A stretch of 48,791 bases of DNA. It comes from a virus. Its lineage: Duplodnaviria > Caudoviricetes. Location: positions 1-48,791 of IMG/VR virus record IMGVR_UViG_3300036940_000563; one strand, given 5' to 3'. The stretch's first letter is position 1, and every line of letters starts with the position of its first letter. A model generated the notes under the pieces. It worked only from the letters and a program-made list of their open reading frames with translations, searched no databases and was not told the DNA's origin. The translations under genes and the position numbers were made by a program. This document shows, piece by piece, positions 48,704 through 48,791 of this stretch.

Positions 48704-48791
48704 GTTGTCGCATTTAATATAAAATATTTTATTGTATTAAATGAATTGCTTCGTTCCCGATTTGCCATTGACATGGAGCCTCTGCCAATAT

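Overview
Most of a low-GC Firmicutes (Clostridia/Tissierellia-like) siphoviral prophage on the minus strand. In transcription order (43.9 kb to 0): small ORF, structured leader, sigma-like factor and antirepressor; metK; replication module (DUF2800 nuclease, DUF2815 SSB, PolA, VapE primase-helicase, ori-like repeats, VRR-NUC, SNF2); RinA/ArpU-like late activator; HNH and cos; ParB-methylase/amidoligase/GGCT block; terminase, portal, Clp protease, HK97-like capsid, tail. No integrase or lysis genes are in the window. A divergent plus-strand operon at the right end encodes an NBR1-Ig protein, an Xis-like HTH and a Hachiman-like HamA/HamB pair whose HamA nuclease motif looks degenerate. Most notable: (1) a 309-aa intein in PolA motif B whose central region is dual-coding, with an HNH-type endonuclease in the +1 frame and codon choices that keep both frames open; (2) a complete Ll.LtrB-like group IIA intron after codon 7 of the major tail protein gene, with matching EBS/IBS pairing; (3) morons with their own promoters (FeS HhH-GPD glycosylase, TerB-N/TPR protein, orphan RelB fusion). 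A 1-nt frameshift in polA and some nonsense codons suggest early decay or sequencing error. All family calls come from motif recognition by eye; no database searches were run.
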